Source: Oikopleura dioica (taxonomy: Eukaryota; Animalia; Chordata). From it: 64,000 nucleotides of DNA. The stretch covers positions 2,232,001-2,296,000 of the forward strand of contig OU015566.1 of the NCBI GenBank assembly GCA_907165135.1. The letters are read 5' to 3'. The notes under the pieces are model-generated. The model made no database searches. It worked only from the letters and a program-made list of their open reading frames with translations, and was not told the DNA's origin. This document shows, in pieces, positions 49,001 to 59,386 of the stretch (positions are counted from its first letter, which is position 1; each line of letters opens with the position of its first letter). The translations under genes and the position numbers were made by a program.

Positions 49001-49626
49001 TATTTTTCTAATGATAAAAATTCATTCTGGTTAAGACTATCGACTCTCTAGATCAAATCCCAAACTGAGATTAGAGCATCTTCAGCAAAATGATCGATTA
49101 CCCATTCACCAGTTTCTTCCCTCAATTTCGATCGTTTGATTATTTTATTATTCAAATTTGGATATTCACGCAGAATATTCTTTTGAAAAAAGGTTGCCCG
49201 AAATGTTCCCTCAATCATCTTTCCATCCCTTTTGTATTTTGTTCTTCCCTTTCCATCTTCAAAAACAACTTCCTCCCAACGAGCATCATATGTATTTGGA
49301 AAGTCCATTCTCTCGATTGACAAAATAAGTCGGTCCAAATCATTTCTGCTAGTTGTTCTCTTTAATTTCTTTTTGAAGACGTCAAGCCATTTCAGAACAA
49401 CATATTCGGTAAGCTCTCTTGGATGATCGATAGTGTCATCATAAACTCTTAGCCGAGGAGGATGAGCTCTTTCAGCGAAATCATCAGAACTGTCTGAGGA
49501 TTGTCTTGTGAATATTGTTTTCAAACCTCTGTCCAAATTTTCTAAAATTGAAGGTTCAGAGTCCTCACTATCTCGTCTTCCCCTTCTCCCACCAATGTCG
49601 AAAATAGAAAAAGCCTCGCGAAACAT
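46094..49626 (-). CDS. Divergent protein kinase fused to a papain-like cysteine protease domain; possibly pseudogenised
   Basis: Kinase: IVGGEAIVF, TAVRI, WITIMERC, HFDKKPENILL, KVTDFG, RAGSAGF. C-terminus: IIDQKDTNLCVPIS ... YHQMTVDRIENGEYIIENN. Internal introns are in phase, but there is an apparent frameshift near 49050 and an unresolved junction between 47330 and 46720. Confidence 0.75.
47051..48107. repeat. Two copies of an about 70-bp dispersed repeat inside the kinase-protease gene
   Basis: CCCGTCAACAATTTTCGAAAAATTTT...TTTGACCCCGGAAATAGATTCT (about 47051-47117) versus CCCGGTCAACACTTTTCGAAAATTTT...TTTGACCCCGGAAATGGATTCT (about 48037-48103). Confidence 0.7.
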
Positions 49627-49848
49627 CTTATTTTCTCATTTAACAGCTCCCAGCATCGCTTGGAAAAGCAATTTTATTTTTACAATTGTTTAATCTCTTT
49701 GATTTTATCGTCTCTCGGAAAATTCCCTCCTGCATTCGTGAGATAACGACCCATTAAATTTCTGAGCAAAAATTTTATTCATGTCAAAAAGAAATAACCG
49801 TAGAAATGATATTAATTTTTTAGGTAAAGAATGAAATTGTGGAAAGTT

Positions 49849-50635
49849 TCAAATATCATCACAATTTGGGATTGTGCAGTAATCCCAATGAGTGTCTGGA
49901 TCTGTCGTGTAGCACCAAACTCCGCCGCTATAGTTATCCGGATTCCGACAATAATTTGTGTCTTAAAATCGTTCTCCATATTACGTAATAATTCTGTTCT
50001 TCTGATTATGCCAGTGAGGTGTTTGAGAGCTGCATTTTTGACATGTTTTGCCGGAGTCAGTGACTTATTTTTTTGCTAAATTTTTACTACTAAAAAGAAG
50101 GAAAAATTGTATATTTAGAAAAAATCCTGTACGATGTCCGGTGTAATATGCACCGATCGGATCAATTGAGGGCAAACAAGAGGACAGTCGAATTTCGCAT
50201 TGAAATTCCATCTTCATTTCCGAAGCCGTTGTTGAAAATCTCCTGAACTCTAATGTCGAGCTGCTTGGTTTTTGAACATTGAGCAACAGTCCCGTTGAAG
50301 TGACTGTTTCCGCTTCAAGGACTCGATAAGTTTTTTGGTTGATGGAAATATCGCAATCGATCAGGTTAGCAGTGTAGTTGGCAATATTCAGCTGAGCTTT
50401 CAAAGTCATTTTTTCGCCCAAATTCTCGCCGCCTTCACAAAAAAAACCTTTGGCAAATCAAATGAAATTTACCAGAAATCTCAAGAAAGATATCACTTTC
50501 AGTAGAGTTGCTCTCATCTGAGCTTCTTGGAACTCTAGAAAAAGTGGACTTGACGATTATTCTCTCTTCATCTTTAAAAGCTCTTTGAGCAGCAGCGGAA
50601 AAAATGTGAAGAAGAAAAAATAATTGAAATTTCAT
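49849..50635 (-). CDS. Secreted protein with a ZP-C-like domain and one kringle
   Basis: [16 protein letters not shown] signal; LIDCDIS...LEFRRFS...[12 protein letters not shown] (ZP-C-like); GAYYTGHRT|[19 protein letters not shown]...[32 protein letters not shown] (kringle). Needs GA-AG introns at 50126-50064 and 49994-49962. Confidence 0.85.
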
Positions 50636-51334
50636 GTTTCTTCAACTGCAGCTTTTTAAACGCATTGGAGCTCAGGGGTAATAATGTTGTAATTACATAC
50701 GCGTAAAAATCGTAATGTATGATTATTTTTAGTTTAAGCCTCGATCACTTATGTCATCATAAATTACAAACTATGTTTTTTTCATCAGGGTATAGTTGGT
50801 TGCAGATTCGTTAATATAAAATGTATTATATTGTTTATTTCTTAGTTCGAAAAAATTCGACCGGGAATAGCTCTCCCGGACTGACCGCGGGCACAAAGTC
50901 CCAACTGCGCTTGCAAACAACAATATGAACTTATTCCTTGATTATGAAATATCCTTCATGAAATCTACTATGATTAATTTCAATGCAAATTCAGTTGTTT
51001 TTTTCTTCAAAGAATCTACGGAAAACCACTTTTTTATTGAAATATTCTCGATGAAGAAATTTAAAGAAGAAAAAAAGAATACTGGTTTTTTGAAGATACA
51101 AAGAAAGATCGAATTCCGCACTTGTTTTTTCGTTTAAAAATCTTTATATACGATATTGTCCCAGAAACTAGGCCAAACTGACTTACGGGCATAACTTGAC
51201 CGTCAATGGAACGTCTATAGAGGCGCAAAAGAGCTGTCCAGCGACGTCCGTACCGTATTTTTCTGATAAAAATTGAAACTTTGAAAGAAACTTTCCATCA
51301 AGTAGCTTTTTTATTTGAAGAAGAAAGTGCCAAA

Positions 51335-54040
51335 ATGGCAAATTTCTCGCTTGAAGCGCTTGATGAGAGAATCAAGAAGTTAGAAGAGCTGCATGAAATT
51401 CAAGAAAGTAATGACAACAGTATCAATCAGGTAAATTAAAAGATTCAGAACTTCTTCTTTGTCCCAGGGCTTCATCAAAATGATGGGGAGTTGTTGAGGT
51501 CTCTAGTAAAAATATTACGAAATTCTAAAATAAGGTTGAATCGCGAGAGCCTCAAGCGGCATCAAGCACCACCACAGCTTGCATTACTCTTTTAAAAAAA
51601 GAGCTGACGCTTGAATTCTTGAGTGCTTTTTTGCAACATGGCAAATTTTTCTATAGAAGCATTAGAGGAAAGAATCAAAGCTCTGGAAGACTTGAAGGGT
51701 ATTCAAAAGAGTAATGATAACAGCCTCAATCAGGTATCGAATAAAATTTTTTTAAAACACCAAAAAGAGGTCTTTTATTAATAATTTTACCTTTTGAACC
51801 TGATAAATGATTTATAATTATCAAAAATTCTTGAGAAAAATAGCAAAAAATGAAATTTGTTTCATAAAAAATTGAATTTTTTATGATTAAAGAGAGATAA
51901 TCGATCATCATCGTCAAAAATTGAGTTATTACTTGATATACCCTTAATTCTTTCGTCCATGAACCCCTTAAAATCGAACCACGCAGTCTGCTGCATGATA
52001 TTAGTCTGCAGTTCTGAAAAATGTCCTCAGATAGGCTCGGGGTACCCTTAGGCGCTATCAAGGAGCGATGAACCCTCTAACCTCTTACTTTCAATTTTAG
52101 TTTTTTCTTATCGTCATGGGTGTTTTGGTGATGTTTATGCAGTCTGGATTCGCGTTTTTGGAAGCTGGATCGGTTCGACAAAAGAATGTGGTCAACATTT
52201 TGATTAAAAATATCCTTGATTGCTGTAAGTCAGAGCTCAATAAGTGACGCCCTTAGCAAGTTTCTAGTGAAGGGAGCGATCATCTGGTGGGCCTGTGGAT
52301 TTGCTTTTGCATATGGAGATCTAGACATCCCCAGCGCTGCGAACAAGTTTATCGGACACAAGTATTTCTTCACTCAAGGATGGGAAGACTTTGAAAACTT
52401 CCACGCGAACTGGTTCTTCCAGTATGTTTTTGCCGCCACTGCTGCGACGATTGTTTCTGGCGCCGTTGCCGAGAGAACTCAGGAAAAGGAACTCACAGCA
52501 GGAAGAATTAAAGACTCAAATCGAAAACAACTCGGCTGCTCTTTTTCGTAATTCATTGAGTTCTTTGTCATTATTGAAAAACAAAGTAGTCAAAAGAATT
52601 TGCTCTGGGAAGATTTTTCCGGGAATATCACCTCATTTTTAGGGCTTTTATCGTTCAAAAACTCTGAAAAGTTGATGATTCCTTGTGAAGTTCGGCTCTT
52701 ACGTCATCTACTCCACCTTCATCACCGGCTTCGTCTACCCCGTCGTCGCTCACTGGGCCTGGTCGGGCACAGGTTGGCTAACTTCCAGCCCCATCCCTTC
52801 TTTCCGTCGAAAGGTTTTCGACTGCGAATCATTGAGCTACAAGTTCGACGATGATGACGTCATCGCTTTTGCGGACTTCGCCGGCTCTGCGGTCGTTCAT
52901 TGCACTGGTGGAATCGCTGCTCTAATGGGCGCGTTTTTTCTTGGACCAAGAGTTGGAAAATACGAGCGAGTCGGGGGAAAACGAGTTTCAAAGCAACTTG
53001 CGGGGCATTCGGTTCCTTTGGCTGCTCTTGGAGGATTCATTCTTTTCGTCGGCTTCATGGCTTTCAATGGAGGATCGGCGCTGGCGATCGTCTCAAGTGG
53101 AGAAATTGTCGACAATGGGCAGGCAGTTGCGTCGGCAATTATGAACACGCTTGTTGGTGGCGCTTCTGGCGCGGTTTTTTGCTTAGGATTGAGCATTCTT
53201 GTTCCTGTCATCAAAGGTACATGTTTCAAAAACACATCGATCATCATTTTGTTGATGCTTTATGTCACGCTAATTTCAGGCGAGGATCATTACTGGTCTC
53301 TCCTGACAACAATCAACGGCGGTCTTGGCGGTATGGCCTCCCTCTGTGCTGGTTGTAATGACATGACAACTGGAGCCGCTTTCGGAATCGGTGGAATCGC
53401 TGGAATGACCGTTTACTGGGTCGGCAATGCTTTGGACCGAATCGGAATCGACGATCCTATCGATGCTTTTGCTGTTCACTTTGGCGGGGGAGTTTGTGGA
53501 ATTCTCCTCGCGCCGCTTTTTGCTAATTTTGGAATTGCAAGACAACCGAGTTGTGGGGTCCAGAAAGATGCTTTTGGAGAAGTTTGGGCTGCTTGCAATG
53601 TTGCTGAGCCGGTCGACATGGGTAAATCTGAGTACAAAATTAAACCAGTGAACAATCTTTGATTCTAGAGCTGTTTGAGTGCGATTACTATGCGTACAAA
53701 CAATTTGCATGGAATCTTATTGGCTTGATCGTGATCACTCTTTGGTCGGGCTCCCTTGTTGGCGGCGTTTTTGCCGTTTTGAAAGCAACCAAGCTTTTGA
53801 GGTGAGTCTTCCTTGTTTTCAATTTATCCAATTGCTCGTAGAGTTGAGGAAGAAATCGAAATCCGCGGCCTTGATATCAAGAAACACGGAGAGCCGGGTT
53901 ACCCTCTCGCTGCACAGGGCCATGGTTGGGAAGAAAGAAGCAGTTCTGAGGAAAAAACGAAAACTTATCAGAAAAATACTGTCATCCCCGAACCAACTCA
54001 TGTTCAACTGGAGCCGGCTCGGTTTGGGCCAGATAACTAG
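51335..54040 (+). CDS. Amt: Ammonium transporter (Amt family) with two alternative 32-codon first exons
   Basis: FMQSGFAFLEAGSVRQKN, WFFQYVFAATAATIVSGAVAER, YPVVAHWAW, DFAGSAVVH, FNGGS, DDPIDAFAVH, GLDIKKHGE; twin His present. First exons 51335-51430 and 51638-51733. GA-AG intron 52483-52690. Confidence 0.95.
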
Positions 54041-54544
54041 CAGTCCATTTCTTTACCTTATTAGCTCCAAAGAGCTAGAAGTCAAAAATTTCGAATGTGT
54101 TCAACTAACTAATACGCCTCTGTTCCCACTTATGATGCTAATAAATCTTCCCGAAGTTCAATGTGAAAAAAGGTCAATCCGAAAAAAGGTCGTTGACTTG
54201 AAAATTCTCATAGTTAGAGAAATTCTCATTTTAACCTCGGTTTTAATTGTATTCCGGTCCGAATTAACCTCGAAAACGTCAAACAGAGCGGGTGTAAATT
54301 CGATGTCAAAAGATTTAATGGATCGTATATTCTGGCGGTGCGGGTATAAGCTCAGACGATTTTCGAATTATCACCAAAGTTAAAAACTTTCGGTTCGAAT
54401 TTCGAACGACTAAGAGAAAGATTAAAAAATGGGGATTTACTACGAATCGTAAGTAAAAATTAACACTAAGAAAAAATTTATAAAATTCGATCGAAATTTT
54501 TCTGAAGAAAAATATATTTTCCTGAATCAAATCATAAATTACAG

Positions 54545-55944
54545 ATACCCAAACGTTTCGGAATGGTACGCAAGCTTCGTCGCCTTTAACGAGTCCCGGG
54601 ATGGAAAACTTCCACTAGCCGACCTTACAAACAGCGACATCAAATTATTAAACACAATCGCCAGCGTTCTGTTGATGTTCGCGATGGGTCTCGCCTCTGA
54701 CGTCAATGTTTTTCTGAAAGTGATCAAGAACATTCCGCTCTGCATAACCGGTGCATTGACGCAATTTATAATTATGCCGCTGATTGGAATCGCTTTTCTG
54801 CAGATTTTTCAATTTCATCAATTAGGTACAGAAAAAGAAAAGAATTTCTCTTTCATTTTTTTTGTTCTAGAGGCACTTGCGATTTTTCTATTCATGTCTT
54901 CCCCCGGCGGTGGAAACTCGAATTTGATGGCTTTCTACATGGACCTAAATCTCGAGCTTTCTTTGACTCTCACAACCCTAACGACTATCCTCGCTTTAGG
55001 AAAGGATCGCAAGACTTCATTTACTCTCCTAAAATAACAGATTGAAATCCATTAAAAAGGATTCATGCCGGCTTTCATGGAGCTTCTGCCATTCCTCGTT
55101 GATATTGGAGACAACGAAGACCTTCTCAAAATTCCATTCGATGCAATTGGCGAAAACCTCGGAATCTTGTGTGGCGCGCTCATCGGCGCCATGATCATAA
55201 GCTACTGGAAACAAGGTTTGAGGATTAAAATAGATCGGTCGTCAATTTTTCTTCCCCCTAGAATTGGCAGCGAAGGCGTCAAAAATCATCACTCCGATTG
55301 TATACCCTTATGTCATCTGCTGTTCTGTTATTTCTCTTTTGAAGGTTTCGAATTAATTTTCGGACTTGATCATCAAATTCCTTTTAGTTTTTCCCTTTCG
55401 GCGTCATGACGAAAAATATCCTCATCTTTGCATTCCTCAATGGCCCAATTGGCGGCCTCTTCTCCTACATCGTCTCCTACCCACTGGGTCTTGCTTCAAA
55501 CAAACTGCAGGCGAGGAAAAGCAAACTTGCCAAATGCTGCGGAAGTGACGAAAAAGTGACGTGGAGGGACTTTCACACGATCGCCATCGAAACTGGCAAT
55601 CAAAATGCCGTTGTTAGTCAGTTAATAATGCTCTCAGCGTATACTTCGGAGACTCCATCTCTAATGGAGGTGATTTAATCGCCGATTCGAACTTGCCTTG
55701 ACCAATTTTTAAGACTTATTATTTGGGCTTCATCGTTCCCTTCCCAATCTTCATGGTTCTCATCGGACAAGCTGAAACAATCTTCATTCTTCTGACCTTC
55801 TTCGTCACGAAGTTCTTCAAGAACCGCGGAAAAATCGAGAGCTCAGAAAAACTGAAGAAATTTGAAGACCTTGAATCACAAAAGAAGATGGAAGAAAAAG
55901 GACAAGATAATTTAGCATTTGACAATGACGAAACTCACTTTTAG
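54545..55944 (+). CDS. SLC10: SLC10 / bile acid:sodium symporter family transporter; first exon unresolved
   Basis: LMFAMGL...QFIIMPL...SSPGGGNSN...LELSLTLTTLTTILAL|GFMP...HTIAIETGNQNA...FDNDETHF*. GA-AG intron 55000-55059. Confidence 0.9.
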
Positions 55945-56572
55945 AGCCGTATGAAATTGCTATCAATTACTGTAAATATTTTTTCAATAAAAAATTGGCT
56001 TTATAAAAACGCATCTTTCCGTATATTTCTGCATAAAAATCGAGATAACAAGGAAAAAGTTGTTGAATCACCCTCCTATCTTCAGCAAATTTATCATGAC
56101 ATCTCATGTTCAGCAGCTTTTCAACTTGTCCATTCGAGAATCTCAACAGCCCCAGGCTCCCACAAGCTCAGCTTTTTTGGCGGCATTTTGCGTCATTTGG
56201 CTTCTGAAATTCAAGTTGTTTTAATAATCGCTTTTTTCTTGAAGATTCTCCCTTTTGACAAATTCTTTTAAAGAGACGCCAAGAGTCCTATTCATCATTC
56301 TTCAACTCAATGGTCAGCGAATTCATGTGCCCGTGGGGGGACACGTGCGGTCAGTACCTGACTCAGGCGCGCATAGTCATCGCTTTGGAAGGTCTAAGCT
56401 CGATGATTGCTCAGGAAAAATCCATGCGGCTTGGCACTGGTGGCACTCTCTCGATTATTCTCCAGCGCCACCTTCAGCTTCAATTTAAACACAGAGAAGT
56501 TAGAATTCAAACCAGACAGATTGAAAAATTGGTAGACAACAACTACCTCTGACTTTTTAATAGAAAAGAGAG

Positions 56573-57134
56573 ATGATGAACCGAAGCTTAGTTCTTATCC
56601 TTTCCTTTTTGAGCAAAGAAATTCTAGCGACGCCGTATGGGACCAGATCAAAATGCGAGATAGAAAAAATAAAAATTGTTGAGGCTCTGGAAATGAAGAA
56701 TAAAGAGGTGATTTTTGAGCTTCAAGAAAAGAAATTTTCGATGGAGATAGCAATATTGACAATCCAATTCTTTCTTTTATTGAAAAAAAATACTGAAAAT
56801 AATCAATTTCTTTAGATTTCCTCTCTCTTTCAACTCGACGAGCACGGCCATCCCGAGCGAATCTGCGAACCCGGATACAAGCTCACCTGGGACGTTAATT
56901 TCTGCATGCGAGTCTGTTTACTCCAAGTCGGCGACGAGTGCCACCCGAGCTCGAAATCCGGCATCGATCTTTGTCCACACAACCTTCGATGTCAACACGA
57001 CGAGTTCAGAACCGACATTCCTCCTTCTTGTCAACCTCTTTTGGATGTGTCATTTGATGGTAAATTTGATATCATTTTTTAATATTTCTAACTCTTTTTA
57101 AGATTCTTCAAGTCTGAGCTACTTCTACTACTAA
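56573..57134 (+). CDS. Small secreted protein with a single divergent IGFBP N-terminal (IB)-like domain
   Basis: Exons 56573-56707, 56816-57059 and 57103-57134: signal peptide; CEPGYKLTWDVNFCMRVCLLQVGDECHPSSKSGIDLCPHNLRC...PPSCQP; ends DDSSSLSYFYY*. Confidence 0.7.
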
Positions 57135-57555
57135 GAAAGTAAGAAGAAGAACTTGAGCATAATTATCTTTTGAACACTGCCAAGACTGATAGATTTTTGT
57201 ACTGTAATAAATGTCAATCAAACTATAGAATTAAAAAAATAAATGTCATATCATGAATTTTTTGAAAAAAAAGCATTAAAAACGCCCAAAGAGCGAAAAA
57301 TGCTCAAATCGATACGAATTATGACAATTTCGACTCAAAATTTTGGTCAAATTTTTGACCCAACCGCGTGTTGCCGGGAAATCGAATTATTGTCGCAATT
57401 TTTGTCTTTTCGAGCCAAAAGATTTTTTTTTCAAAATTATAAAGATGATTGCTTCATCGAATATTCCGTGGTAAAATCTAGTCATCAGAAAATTTTAAAA
57501 CGTTTGTAGACTCGTACCGGTCACGTCTGTCGACTTCAGTAGTTTTGAAATTGCT

Positions 57556-58377
57556 TCAAGGGTGGAAATTTTTGTGACTAGCTTGTGACGAGGAAGCAGA
57601 ATCTCTTCGGGAACTGATGAGATCAGGGATAATTTTAATCAAACTCGGATAAGCATTGTCTGGTTCTTTCTTCCCAGAAGCAAGCACGACGCAACCGTCT
57701 GAAATAATTTCTCAGGGAGGAGGGAAAATGAACCCAGTGAGCCGGTTCACACACATTCCGACCTATTTCAAATTGGCTAGTTCCTTCAAGCGACAATGCT
57801 GTAAACTCAACAATTATCTTCATTACGGCAGAAGACTTGTTTGTCTTGATCAGGGTTCTAAATCTGAGCTGAAAATCAAGAGTCGAGTCGAGTCGAGTCG
57901 TAAGGCTATATGAAAATCCCAAGTCAACACGAGTCGACTTAATCGACGTATTACTCGAAAAGTCAAAAAATTTGAAAAATATATAAATTTAGTCGCAAAA
58001 GTCGAAAATAAGTCGAAAAGTCGGAATTTACTTGAAAGTCGAAAGAGAAGTCGAAAAGACGAAAGAAAAATAGTGATTCTTTTCGACTTTTTCGACTGAA
58101 TTTTCGACTTTTTCGACTAGATTTTTCGACTATCTACTCATTATTGCTCTCGACTTTTTCGAATAGTATCTAGTTGACTCACAGGGTCAAGTCGAGTCGA
58201 TTTATTTCCACAATCAGTCTAGTCGAGTCGAGCGTGTCTTTTCGACTAAGACTCGACTCGACTTCGACTTTAGTCGAAACCCTACTAGTCGATTAAGAAC
58301 CCTGGTCTTGATGCTTGGAGCTCAGCAATTCTCTTCCTTGATTCCAACGTCAACATTTCATGGCGTGAAATAAACTT
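57556..58377 (-). pseudogene. Putative small gene interrupted by the hAT element
   Basis: With the element and one TSD removed, and using GT-AG introns 57836-57799 and 57762-57699, the frame reads KFISRHEMLTLESRKRIAELQASRQT|TLSLEGTSQFEI|DGCVVLASGKKEPDNAYPSLIKIIPDL...FHP*. A competing + strand frame is also open. Confidence 0.4.
57851..58304. mobile_element. Non-autonomous hAT element (454 bp) with dense GTCGA/TCGAC internal repeats
   Basis: TIR CAGGGTTCTAAATC and GATTAAGAACCCTG (13/14). 8-bp TSD GTCTTGAT at 57843-50 and 58305-12. Confidence 0.93.
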
Positions 58378-59083
58378 CTATTTCGAGATAAGAAAAGAAG
58401 CAAAGAATAACTGAAAATGATTCTTATAAGTCTTAAATCTCATACTTTGTAGTCTTCCTTTTTTCAGATTTTCAGGTGATGACAGTGGTCAAGAGAAAAA
58501 AACTGTTTTAGGCTTCAAAATCATTCTTATAGTGAACCTGCGATCTTTCGATTGAGAAAAAGAAGAATGATCAGTGGAGAAAACAAATTGTTATTTTATA
58601 TTAAGAATAATGAGTTTTCATATTTCCGAGAAGCAAGATTCAGCGTCGCGCTCCAGTGCGCCCTCGGAGGGATCGCGCATCAATATCGCGCACTGAAGCC
58701 TTTCTGCGCATTTCTTGAAAATCTCTTTTGTTGTTTATTTTTTGGGACCGCTTTTTTCAATTTTTTTTATTTTGATCATTTTTGATAAGAGTTGGAATTC
58801 AAAAGAGGAGTTTAAATAAAAAAAGAAGAGTTGGAAGAAAAAAAGAAGCATGCAAATCGGTACGTTTATTACAACTTTTTTCAAACAAATATTGACTTTT
58901 TGATCGTTAAACTCACATTTTTCGATTTTTAATGGATTCTGCCAAAAAAAATAGTTTTCTAACCAAAAACAAGCATTTTTTAAGCCAAATCGTTAATTTT
59001 AGATGTCAAATTTGGTCATTTTATGTCGATTATTGACAGAATATTCGAAAAACCGTATTTTCGATCACCTTATTCAGCAAAAA

Positions 59084-59386
59084 CTAGACCCCGTTTGCCC
59101 AGAGAAAAAGAGCGAGAATCCAGTATTCAAATCTTCTTCTGAACCGATCAAATTTTGAAAGGCTCAATCGCGTGAATTGACGTGTTACAAGTGTCGCATA
59201 ATTGCTTTCTGTCTTTTCGGAATTTCCGGCCATTAACTCCCTTTCTACCATTTTTTCTTCGAACTTCTTTGCTTCTTTTTTATCAATTTCGAATCTCCAA
59301 AGAAGTACTTTGTAAATACGCGATCGGAAGTCGAAGCAATTGATATCAAAACCGCTCTGAAAGACTCTAACGTGCTTGAGTCTCAA
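59084..59386 (-). CDS. Possible exon of an unknown protein
   Basis: 100-codon open frame with protein-like composition (RLKHVRVFQSGFDINCFDFRSRIYKVLLWRFE...FEYWILALFLWANGV*) after an acceptor-like TTTTGAG. Confidence 0.35.
   Translation of the reverse strand: MRLKHVRVFQSGFDINCFDFRSRIYKVLLWRFEIDKKEAKKFEEKMVERELMAGNSEKTESNYATLVTRQFTRLSLSKFDRFRRRFEYWILALFLWANGV

Noticed and set aside
55951-56552. Overlapping ORFs between SLC10 and the IB gene
   Set aside because: Several frames are open and a gene may exist, but I could not decide frame or strand.
57656-58414. Thyroglobulin-type-1 (IGFBP C-domain) reading of the + frame HIPT...FKRQC...VCLD
   Set aside because: The IB gene appears to stop at 57134, the Cys pattern is incomplete, and a minus-strand model with canonical introns fits at least as well.
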